Source: a virus. From it: 38,502 nt of DNA. The position numbers and the translations under genes are program-made. The number at the start of each line of letters is the position of its first letter. Position 1 is the stretch's first letter. The stretch covers positions 1 through 38,502 of the IMG/VR virus record IMGVR_UViG_3300045988_053169, one strand, 5' to 3'. Shown piece after piece: positions 18,492-24,879 of the stretch. The notes under the pieces were generated by a model. The model did no database searches, had not been told where the DNA came from, and saw nothing but the letters and a program-made list of their open reading frames with translations.

Positions 18492-18863
18492 TCAATATTC
18501 TGGGTGCTCGCGGCCATAAGCCACGCCCTTGTCGTAAACTTTTTTCAGCAGGGCGGCGATCTCGCCCAGCTGCATTGCGCTGTAGCGGTCAAACATCCCC
18601 GCGTCAAGGACGTTTTGAAAGATCGCCTCGCACGTGCTGGGGTACTGCCGCCAGCCGCTGATCTCCTTCGCCTGCTCGAGTTTGAGCACGCGCCGCCGCT
18701 CTTCGGCGCTTAGCCCGCCGGGGCCGTATGCTTCGGCGGTAAAAACATCTTTCGCCGTCAGCTTCCGGCGGTTGTCCACGAGCGGCTCGTCCTCGTCAAT
18801 AAACCAGTCACGGCCGACCCGCCGTGCGGTTTTAAATCCGCCCCGGTAAGCTTTTTGCCGCAC
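18492..18863 (-). CDS. Hypothetical protein with an unresolved start. Candidates are GTG at 18863 or GTG at 18779. Possibly a truncated remnant.
   Basis: The C-terminal 95-120 codons are protein-like with high GC3 (WFIDEDEPLVDNRRKLTAKDVF...LGEIAALLKKVYDKGVAYG). Upstream of about 18864 the same frame becomes S/T/P/R/G-rich junk. No ATG and no clear SD. Confidence 0.35.
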   Translation of the reverse strand: MRQKAYRGGFKTARRVGRDWFIDEDEPLVDNRRKLTAKDVFTAEAYGPGGLSAEERRRVLKLEQAKEISGWRQYPSTCEAIFQNVLDAGMFDRYSAMQLGEIAALLKKVYDKGVAYGREHPEY

Positions 18864-18910
18864 AGTTGGCCGCAAGTCAGGCGGCGCAGAACGAAACTCT
18901 GAAGGCGTAC

Positions 18911-19009
18911 ATGAGCGGACAGCTGGCCTACTACAATCCTCGCCCTGTCCCTGCGTTCCCGGTCCCGGCTCCGTACCAGTACGGTAACTGCTGCGGGTGC
19001 AACGGCTAA
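18911..19009 (+). CDS. Micro-ORF, 32 aa, with a Cys-rich C-terminus (MSGQLAYYNPRPVPAFPVPAPYQYGNCCGCNG). Not in the ORF track.
   Basis: GAAGG lies 5 nt upstream. Third codon positions are G/C-rich, as in real genes here. The frame is open back to 18836, with a TTG at 18866. A terminator follows at 19075..19109. Confidence 0.35.
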   Translation: MSGQLAYYNPRPVPAFPVPAPYQYGNCCGCNG

Positions 19010-19074
19010 AAACCGAATAGCAACTGAATCCAAAGGGGATTCTGTTCAGCCCTGTAGCTGATTTTGCAAGAATA

Positions 19075-19109
19075 AGGCGGTGGGGCAAAAGCTTCACCGC
19101 CTGTTTTTT
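19075..19109 (+). terminator. Intrinsic terminator
   Basis: aggcggtg / caccgcct 8-bp stem, 12-nt loop, then GTTTTTT. Confidence 0.6.
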
Positions 19110-19131
19110 CCATTAGAAAGGAGAAAATTGA

Positions 19132-19554
19132 ATGGCTGAGTATTCGAACAGCAGTATCGTTTCTGTCGCTGCTGGTCAAAACGTGCCGCTGACTGAAACG
19201 GCGGTAGCGGGTAATGGCTGCATTGTGCACCGTGAAGGTGCAGGAATTGTAACCCTGCGAGGGCTTACGAACCAGTGTAAAGCTCGTTTTAAAGTGGGCT
19301 TCGGGGCAAACATTGCTATCCCTACTGGCGGCACAGTGGAAGCTATTACTGCGGCGCTTGCTATCAACGGAGAGCCGCTGAGCAGCGCAACTGCGGCCGT
19401 GACACCGGCAGCAGTAGAAAACTATTTTAATATTTACGTGACGGCGTTTGTGGAAGTCCCGCGTGGCTGCTGCCTGACCGTTGCCGCCGAAAATACAAGC
19501 ACACAAACCGTTTTGTTTGCGAACGCAAACTTTGTGGTCGAGCGCGTGAGCTGA
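19132..19554 (+). CDS. Hypothetical protein, tentatively a C1q/TNF-like jelly-roll similar to the BclA C-terminal domain
   Basis: AGGAG RBS, 140 aa. The pattern NVPL...IVHREGAGIVTL...FKVGFGANIA...LAINGEPL...ENTSTQTVLFANANFVVERV resembles exosporium BclA-CTD-type proteins. This is from memory only. Confidence 0.5.
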   Translation: MAEYSNSSIVSVAAGQNVPLTETAVAGNGCIVHREGAGIVTLRGLTNQCKARFKVGFGANIAIPTGGTVEAITAALAINGEPLSSATAAVTPAAVENYFNIYVTAFVEVPRGCCLTVAAENTSTQTVLFANANFVVERVS

Positions 19555-19566
19555 AAGGAGATCATC

Positions 19567-19944
19567 GTGAGCAAAAAAACACTTTACGCATTGAAAGACA
19601 TGCTGTGCGACGAACTTGAAGAAATCGGCCAAAAAGGCGAAATGTCTGCGGGTGACTTGGAAACCGTCCACAAGCTGACCGATACTATCAAAAACATCGA
19701 CAAAATCACAATGCTGGAGGATGATGGATACAGCCGCGACAGCGACTGGGATGTGTCCATGCGTGGTGGTTATGGGCGCGGAAGCAGCTATGCGCGATCC
19801 AGGCGGCATTATGTGCGCGGACACTACAGCCGAGATGATGGGCGAGAGGCGATGATGCGCCGAATGCAGGACATGATGGACGAGGCGGACGAAAGCGACC
19901 GAGAGATTATCAGCCGGTGCTATGACGCGCTGAAAAATGCCTGA
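19567..19944 (+). CDS. Hypothetical protein (R/G/Y/S/D-rich centre)
   Basis: GTG start behind AAGGAG. 125 aa. Helical ends flank RGGYGRGSSYARSRRHYVRGHYSRDDGR. Confidence 0.55.
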   Translation: MSKKTLYALKDMLCDELEEIGQKGEMSAGDLETVHKLTDTIKNIDKITMLEDDGYSRDSDWDVSMRGGYGRGSSYARSRRHYVRGHYSRDDGREAMMRRMQDMMDEADESDREIISRCYDALKNA

Positions 19945-19961
19945 TGCAGGGGGTGTAGGCC

Positions 19962-20291
19962 ATGTTTGATATGCGAGAGATTGAGGGAGCAATCGCTGAA
20001 CTTGAAAACGGCGATCTTACATACTCGCGCTGTGGCAAGCTGGCCGACCTCTACACCATCCGCCGGGAGCATACGGCACCAGAGAGGCAGCAGGCCGCAG
20101 CGGCAGTGCAGACGGCAAGTGAGATGCCTGCACGGGTACGCGCGTCGGGCAGCAGTGATTTTATGCGGGCCGTTGCAAAGGTGGATTTCAGCGCGGCCCT
20201 GGACGTGCTTGACGAGCTTATGAGCACACTTGAGATTGTGAATCCAAAGGCTTATAAGAGCGTCATGCGGCGGTTGGACGGGCTGAAATAG
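19962..20291 (+). CDS. Hypothetical protein
   Basis: 109 aa. Last ORF before attP. No motif recognised. Confidence 0.55.
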   Translation: MFDMREIEGAIAELENGDLTYSRCGKLADLYTIRREHTAPERQQAAAAVQTASEMPARVRASGSSDFMRAVAKVDFSAALDVLDELMSTLEIVNPKAYKSVMRRLDGLK

Positions 20292-20292
20292 C

Positions 20293-20310
20293 TACGATAT
20301 TTTTACGATA
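20293..20310 (+). repeat. Arm-type repeat TACGATATTTTTACGATA, copy 1 (putative integrase arm site)
   Basis: The exact 18-mer occurs three times in direct orientation flanking the att core. Confidence 0.6.
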
Positions 20311-20322
20311 TTTTTTCCGGCT

Positions 20323-20340
20323 TACGATATTTTTACGATA
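20323..20340 (+). repeat. Arm-type repeat, copy 2
   Basis: Exact 18-mer. Confidence 0.6.
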
Positions 20341-20350
20341 CATTTTCCCG

Positions 20351-20380
20351 CAGTATTTTACAGTATTTAACAGTATAGAC
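20351..20380 (+). repeat. Three helically phased 10-bp repeats (CAGTATTTTA CAGTATTTAA CAGTATAGAC)
   Basis: CAGTAT occurs at 20351, 20361 and 20371, an exact 10-bp period. Candidate binding sites for Xis or an accessory protein. Confidence 0.5.
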
Positions 20381-20386
20381 AAAGAT

Positions 20387-20431
20387 AAAACCACGACATA
20401 ACGCTTTTTTGAAGCTATGTCGTGGTTTTTT
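20387..20431. terminator. Long hairpin / bidirectional terminator
   Basis: aaaaccacgacata ... tatgtcgtggtttt with an inner gctt/aagc helix. A-run on the left, T-run on the right. Confidence 0.6.
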
Positions 20432-20433
20432 AC

Positions 20434-20457
20434 TGGTGGGCCATGAGGGATTCGAAC
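20434..20457 (-). other. attP core, identical in form to the 3' end of a tRNA gene (T-loop, 3' acceptor strand, discriminator, CCA)
   Basis: The minus strand reads GTTCGAATCCCTC-ATGGCCC-A-CCA. The 5' half of the T stem is absent, so this is a fragment and not a gene. Confidence 0.7.
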
Positions 20458-20481
20458 TTTATAATTTGTTCGTCACATCGC

Positions 20482-21615
20482 TTAATTTTGCTCATTTACG
20501 ATATTTTTACGATAATAGTGCGCGTTTAAAGCTCTTGTCGCATCGTCTATGGCCCAAGACTTCGCCTCGGCATACCATTTTTGAGTGGTGGTGATGTCTG
20601 CGTGCCCCATTAGCTCCTTCGCGACCTGCGGGCTTACGTCGCATTGAGTTAGGACGCTGGCGAACTCATGCCGGAGCTGGTGCGCCGTGAAATCTGGGGC
20701 GGGCAAGTGCTTGTAAACGGTTTTGCCGTGCTTGTCCTTTTTCCCCGCGCTGGTCACTCTGCCGCTATCGTGGGTGCAGCCTATCTCCGCGCAGTATCTG
20801 AGCCAAGCACTCACGTACTTGCTGCTTGTCATGGGGGCGTTGCCGCCGAAAATATAATCATCATCGGCCAGGCCGTCAAGCCTCCCTTCAAGCGCTGCGG
20901 CAAGAGGGGCCAAAATCGGCACTACACGGACTGCGCTCGCCGTTTTCGGTGGCTCTATATGCGGTTGGTTTGAGTGCCATACAACGGCCTTTGTGACGTG
21001 GATTTTCCCGCCAGACAAGTCTCGCTTTTGTAACGCCATGATTTCCCCCAGGCGCAGGCCTGCATACATTGCAAAGGCTGCACACAGGCCGAAACCGTCG
21101 GTGTGCGCCTTTACCTTTTCGATTTCCGCGTCTGTAGGTGCATGCCGTTTCGTTTGCGGCAGCCCCTGCGGAAGGCGGATCAAGTCGCACGGGTTGCGGT
21201 CTCCGTCCATGTTGGTACACCAAAATTGATAGACCAGCGAAATTACTGACCGCTGGTTTGCAATTGTCTTGTATGCCTTGCCCTGGGCGGCCATCTGGGA
21301 CAGGCGGCGTGAAATATCCGTCGTTGTAATCTCCTTCATTCCCGCGCCGCTGAACCAGTCTTTTGCCGCATTCACGGCGCGGCGGTATCCGCGCTGTGTG
21401 CCGTATTTCAGCCGTGGCTCCTTGTAGTCCCAAAACTTATCAGCGACTTCTTCAAACGGCGGCCCTTTTTCGTCCCGGGCTGCTGCTTTTTTTATAGCCT
21501 CGTCCATTTTTGCTTGTGCCTCTTTCACGGTGTGGCCGTAAAAGTGCATTTGCTTGCCGTTTATCATGCGTGTGCGCTCTATCAGGCCATCACTTCGCGC
21601 TTTAGGCCTTGCCAT
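20482..21615 (-). CDS. int: Tyrosine integrase
   Basis: ATG at 21615 behind GAGGTGA. 377 aa. Contains AGLRLGEI (Arg), HQLRHEF (H-x-x-R) and GHADITTTQKWY (catalytic Tyr). Confidence 0.9.
   Translation of the reverse strand: MARPKARSDGLIERTRMINGKQMHFYGHTVKEAQAKMDEAIKKAAARDEKGPPFEEVADKFWDYKEPRLKYGTQRGYRRAVNAAKDWFSGAGMKEITTTDISRRLSQMAAQGKAYKTIANQRSVISLVYQFWCTNMDGDRNPCDLIRLPQGLPQTKRHAPTDAEIEKVKAHTDGFGLCAAFAMYAGLRLGEIMALQKRDLSGGKIHVTKAVVWHSNQPHIEPPKTASAVRVVPILAPLAAALEGRLDGLADDDYIFGGNAPMTSSKYVSAWLRYCAEIGCTHDSGRVTSAGKKDKHGKTVYKHLPAPDFTAHQLRHEFASVLTQCDVSPQVAKELMGHADITTTQKWYAEAKSWAIDDATRALNAHYYRKNIVNEQN
20497..20514 (+). repeat. Arm-type repeat, copy 3 (inside the 3' end of int)
   Basis: Exact 18-mer on the other side of the core. 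Confidence 0.6.
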
Positions 21616-21620
21616 GATCT

Positions 21621-22193
21621 TCACCTCGCATATTCGTTGCGGCCCAGATGAGCCGCGCTTTTCCCGGCGTTGTAAGCATTTTTCAGATTCTCCAGGCACG
21701 GCGGGGCCGTCTCTGGCTCCACCAGTTCGCCTGTGCCTTCCTCGAGGGTGTAGTTGTCCAGTATCAGCCCGCACACTGCGGCCCGGCTGCGCATGGTGCA
21801 GTGCGCATTTGCCACATACTCGTCAAGCATGGAGGGCCAGTCGCTCCCGTGCGCGCCGAAGATTAAAAAGGCCAGCTTGTCCACCTCGCCCGGCGGGCAG
21901 TCCGCAAGGTACTTAAAAAGCCCGTTGCGCCGCTGCTCCACATCTGGGTGGCTGCCCTCAAAATCTGCGTACAGTTCCGGATGTATCAGCCGCAGGATGT
22001 CCCGGAAGCAGTTCATGCCCAGCACGCGATACCACATAACAAATTCGTTCAAGTTCGGCGTGGACGTGCCTTTTTCCCAGTTTCGCACGGTCTGCTTGCT
22101 CTTTCCGAGCATTTCCGCGATTTTTTCCTGGCTCAATCCGGCTTTTGTTCGCGCATTGTACAACAAATCTGCAATTCTTCTATCATTGTTCAC
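21621..22193 (-). CDS. XRE-family HTH regulator with an uncharacterised C-terminal domain, co-oriented with int and 5 nt upstream of it
   Basis: LSQEKIAEMLGKSKQTVRNWEKG is an HTH motif. 190 aa. Confidence 0.8.
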   Translation of the reverse strand: MNNDRRIADLLYNARTKAGLSQEKIAEMLGKSKQTVRNWEKGTSTPNLNEFVMWYRVLGMNCFRDILRLIHPELYADFEGSHPDVEQRRNGLFKYLADCPPGEVDKLAFLIFGAHGSDWPSMLDEYVANAHCTMRSRAAVCGLILDNYTLEEGTGELVEPETAPPCLENLKNAYNAGKSAAHLGRNEYAR

Positions 22194-22553
22194 AAAAACA
22201 CCTCCTTCTCAAATATCTTGTGGGTTAAAAAACATCACTTTTCGGCGTCATTTAGTACGTTTTGCTTTCTTTTTGTGACAACGTGTTAGTGTTATCATAT
22301 ACGCGAAGGATTGGTAAAAAGATGCCTGCAGGCCATTTTCCGACCGGCTTTTTACCAGCACGATGCTACTGTATAAGCACGAGGTACGCACTATGCACGG
22401 ACTACCAAGGCCCGCAAAGTCACATCATGGGCGGAAGAGACAAACCGGTGGAAAACGCACATACAAAGGACGGGCAGCCACACCACTGCGTAGCTGCCCG
22501 ATCACCTGACAGCCCTTGTCATCCGGCGGGGCAGCAGAAAGGGGAAATGCGTA

Positions 22554-22691
22554 ATGACACAAAACAAAAGCCAAGACATTGATTATTTGCGAAAATTAGC
22601 ATTAAAATGCTTAAAGCGGCTCTCCCCCAAAGAAGCTATTGATTTGTACATAGATATAAATAATAGGGTGCAAGATGAGGGGCAAAATTGA
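22554..22691 (+). CDS. Possible 45-aa ORF (not in the ORF track)
   Basis: AAGGGG lies 9 nt upstream. MTQNKSQDIDYLRKLALKCLKRLSPKEAIDLYIDINNRVQDEGQN is helical-looking. It converges on the repressor gene stop. Confidence 0.3.
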   Translation: MTQNKSQDIDYLRKLALKCLKRLSPKEAIDLYIDINNRVQDEGQN

Positions 22692-22694
22692 TTT

Positions 22695-23126
22695 TCATTT
22701 TTTCACCAGCTTTGCGGATGCAGCCGCAATGAATTGTATAAGCTCTTCATCTGTAGCTTCTGTTTTAATCCATTTTTCCACATCATCTTTAGTAAGCTCA
22801 TCAGCCTTTTTGGCTGGTGAGCTTTTTTCTTGCATTTTTTTAGCCAGTGCCACAGCCGCAGCAAGCGTTTTTACATCTTCCGGCACATCTTTGTACTGAT
22901 CGTCAACCGTTTGGCTGTCATCGCCTTTTAAATATTGTACCGTTATCGGCCTGCCGAGCTTTTCGGTAAAGTATGAGGCTAAAATTTCAAGATTTATGTC
23001 TGTGCATCCGCCACCTTTCTTCCATCGAGACACTGTCGGCTTGGAAAAACCGGCATCAACCGCAATTTGAGATGGTGAACTTCCAAGCTCTTTGCACAGT
23101 TTTACATAAGCATTATAAAAATTCAT
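22695..23126 (-). CDS. CI-like repressor (XRE HTH)
   Basis: SPSQIAVDAGFSKPTVSRWKKG is an HTH motif. 143 aa. Divergent from the cro-like gene. Lies in a lower-GC module. Confidence 0.75.
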   Translation of the reverse strand: MNFYNAYVKLCKELGSSPSQIAVDAGFSKPTVSRWKKGGGCTDINLEILASYFTEKLGRPITVQYLKGDDSQTVDDQYKDVPEDVKTLAAAVALAKKMQEKSSPAKKADELTKDDVEKWIKTEATDEELIQFIAAASAKLVKK

Positions 23127-23158
23127 AATTTCACACCTCTGCTTCTGTGCAAGTTGCT

Positions 23159-23324
23159 AAAGTTTACAAAATTACCAGAAAATGCTTTACAGTAAACGCA
23201 AACCTTGCTATACTGTACTTGTTGGTTACGAAAGTTTACCAAGTAAACAATCTGAGGTATAGCAAAGCCAGGCAACTTGTTATAGATATTCTGCAATTTC
23301 ACTATAACACAGTTAGTAAACTTT
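23159..23324. promoter_or_regulatory. Operator-like repeat cluster (AAAGTTTAC / GTAAAC half-sites)
   Basis: AAAGTTTAC occurs at 23159..23167 and 23231..23239, and inverted at 23316..23324. Palindrome GTTTAC-caa-GTAAAC at 23234..23248. An extra GTAAAC at 23192..23197. Confidence 0.45.
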
Positions 23325-23352
23325 TGCAACCGCAAAGCGACTACAGCGGCAA

Positions 23353-23388
23353 TAAAAAAGCTATCTACTGTCCGTTAGTAGATAGCTT
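23353..23388 (-). terminator. Intrinsic terminator acting on leftward transcription
   Basis: Perfect 12-bp stem 23358..23369 / 23377..23388 with a 7-nt loop. A6 on the plus strand gives U6 on the minus-strand RNA. Confidence 0.7.
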
Positions 23389-23653
23389 TATCCCAAAGTT
23401 TTTTACCAGAACAAGCTTGCAACAGAGAAACCGACCAAGGTTCTTTATGATCGAGCAAGCACACGATGCCTTGTGTGATGCAAATTCTCTGTTTGCAAAA
23501 CGGACTTGCAATTCTTTGGGCTTGCCGTAACCTTTGGCAGTTTTGGGACTGCCGTATAGCCATACGCGTTACGCAATTTCTTTAGTCTGGAACGGGCATA
23601 ATCAAAAGTTTGGTCAAGGCCGACCTCACTCCCTTTCTGCCATATCTATGGCA
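23353..23653 (-). ncRNA. Predicted non-coding transcript of about 300 nt (or attenuated leader) between the promoter and terminator above
   Basis: Bounded by a promoter and a terminator. No ORF with an SD. Contains several hairpins, two of them with complementary 7-nt loops. Confidence 0.4.
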
Positions 23654-23659
23654 ATCCAG

Positions 23660-23688
23660 ATTATATCAGACATTGCCGCTGTAGTCAA
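23660..23688 (-). promoter_or_regulatory. Near-consensus sigma-70 promoter, leftward
   Basis: The minus strand reads TTGACT (23688..23683), a 17-nt spacer, then TATAAT (23665..23660). Confidence 0.6.
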
Positions 23689-23715
23689 ATTTTTTTACAG
23701 ATTGGGGGTGGAAGA

Positions 23716-23928
23716 ATGCCTGAAAAATGGACAGGCCAGCTAATCGGGCGGATGCACAACTACAGTGTAACCTATGACGATTTGAGCAAAAAAATGGGAA
23801 TCACCAAAGGCTACATCAGCCAAATACTGAATTGCTATCGCCGCCCACCGAATGCTCAGCAGCGGTTCGAAGCCGCCGTGAACGAGATTATTGTTGAACG
23901 GCTTGAACAGAGCGAGAAAGGAGAATGA
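23716..23928 (+). CDS. Cro-like HTH protein
   Basis: GGGGGTGGA RBS. KKMGITKGYISQILN is an HTH motif. 70 aa. First gene of the rightward operon. Confidence 0.7.
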   Translation: MPEKWTGQLIGRMHNYSVTYDDLSKKMGITKGYISQILNCYRRPPNAQQRFEAAVNEIIVERLEQSEKGE

Positions 23929-24665
23929 AATATATGGGAGATTTGAAAATCTGGGAGAATCCCGAATTCGGCACGCTGCGCGTGATCGAGCAGGACGGCG
24001 AGCCTTGGATGGTTGGTAAAGATGTGGCGCAGGCGCTGGGGTACAAGGATACAGTGAATGCCTTGAAATCCCATGTTGACGATGAAGATAAAGATAGGTG
24101 GCAAATCACCACCCAGTTTGGATCAAAAGAAACGGTCATCATCAACGAATCCGGCCTGTACAGCTTGGTACTGTTCAGCAAACTTCCCACCGCCAAGAAA
24201 TTTAAGCGCTGGGTCACCAGCGAGGTGCTGCCGAGCATCCGCAAATCCGGCGGGTATATCGCCGGGCAGGATCAGCTTACCCCCGAAGAGCTGATGGCGA
24301 AGGCCCTGCAAGTGGCAAACAAGACACTGGCCGAGAGGGAAGCCCGCATTTCCGCGCTGACCGTGCAGAACACCATCATGGCCCCGAAGGCCGAATACTT
24401 TGACGAGCTGGTTGACCGCAACACGCTCACCAGCTTCCGGGATACGGCCAAAGAGCTTGGCATTAAGCCCAAGGCTTTTGTGGAGTGGCTGCTAGATAAG
24501 AAATTTATCTTCCGCGACCAGAAGGGCAAGCTGATGCCCCGCGAAGGCAAGGGCGACGGCCTGTTTGAGGTAAAGGAAGCCAAGAACGACAAGACCCAGT
24601 GGAGCGGAGTTCAGACGCTTGTAACCCCGAAGGGCCGGGAAACATTCCGGCTGCTCTACTTATAA
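23925..24665 (+). CDS. Antirepressor (BRO-N domain plus phage antirepressor C-terminal domain)
   Basis: FGTLRVIEQDGEPWMVGKDVAQALGY...INESGLYSLVLFSKLPTAKKFKRWVTSEVLPSIRKSG is a classic BRO-N sequence. Confidence 0.85.
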   Translation: MKYMGDLKIWENPEFGTLRVIEQDGEPWMVGKDVAQALGYKDTVNALKSHVDDEDKDRWQITTQFGSKETVIINESGLYSLVLFSKLPTAKKFKRWVTSEVLPSIRKSGGYIAGQDQLTPEELMAKALQVANKTLAEREARISALTVQNTIMAPKAEYFDELVDRNTLTSFRDTAKELGIKPKAFVEWLLDKKFIFRDQKGKLMPREGKGDGLFEVKEAKNDKTQWSGVQTLVTPKGRETFRLLYL

Positions 24666-24684
24666 AGAAAGGAGTGGAACGCAC

Positions 24685-24879
24685 ATGGATTTGCCGATTT
24701 TGCTTAGCACCGTCGAGCTTACGACGGTCAACAGCCTGGTGTTTGCGGCGTATCAAAACGCCGTGAAGCGGCAGGACGAAACGGCGGCGGCCGTGCTTGA
24801 CGGGGCACTTGAGAAGCTGCAGCGCGAGCTTGCTGGCCGTTTGCAGGCGCAGGACGTGGAGCTGAAGGAGGTGAACTGA
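24685..24879 (+). CDS. Hypothetical protein
   Basis: 64 aa, placed within the operon. Confidence 0.5.
   Translation: MDLPILLSTVELTTVNSLVFAAYQNAVKRQDETAAAVLDGALEKLQRELAGRLQAQDVELKEVN

Noticed and set aside
18864-19097. The N-terminal 78 codons of the 201-aa minus-strand ORF 18492..19097.
   Set aside because: Composition shifts to S/T/P/R/G/C-rich. Its second codon positions coincide with G/C-rich third positions of a plus-strand frame. It would start at a GTG inside a plus-strand terminator hairpin.
22262-22582. A 106-aa plus-strand ORF between the two repressor-like genes.
   Set aside because: It has no RBS, a non-protein-like composition (H/P/C/R-rich), and it spans several hairpins.
23375-23563. 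A 62-aa minus-strand ORF inside the predicted switch-region RNA.
   Set aside because: It has no Shine-Dalgarno. It has six Cys and many Gln and Arg in a non-protein-like order. Its stop lies inside the terminator stem. I cannot fully exclude a micro-protein.
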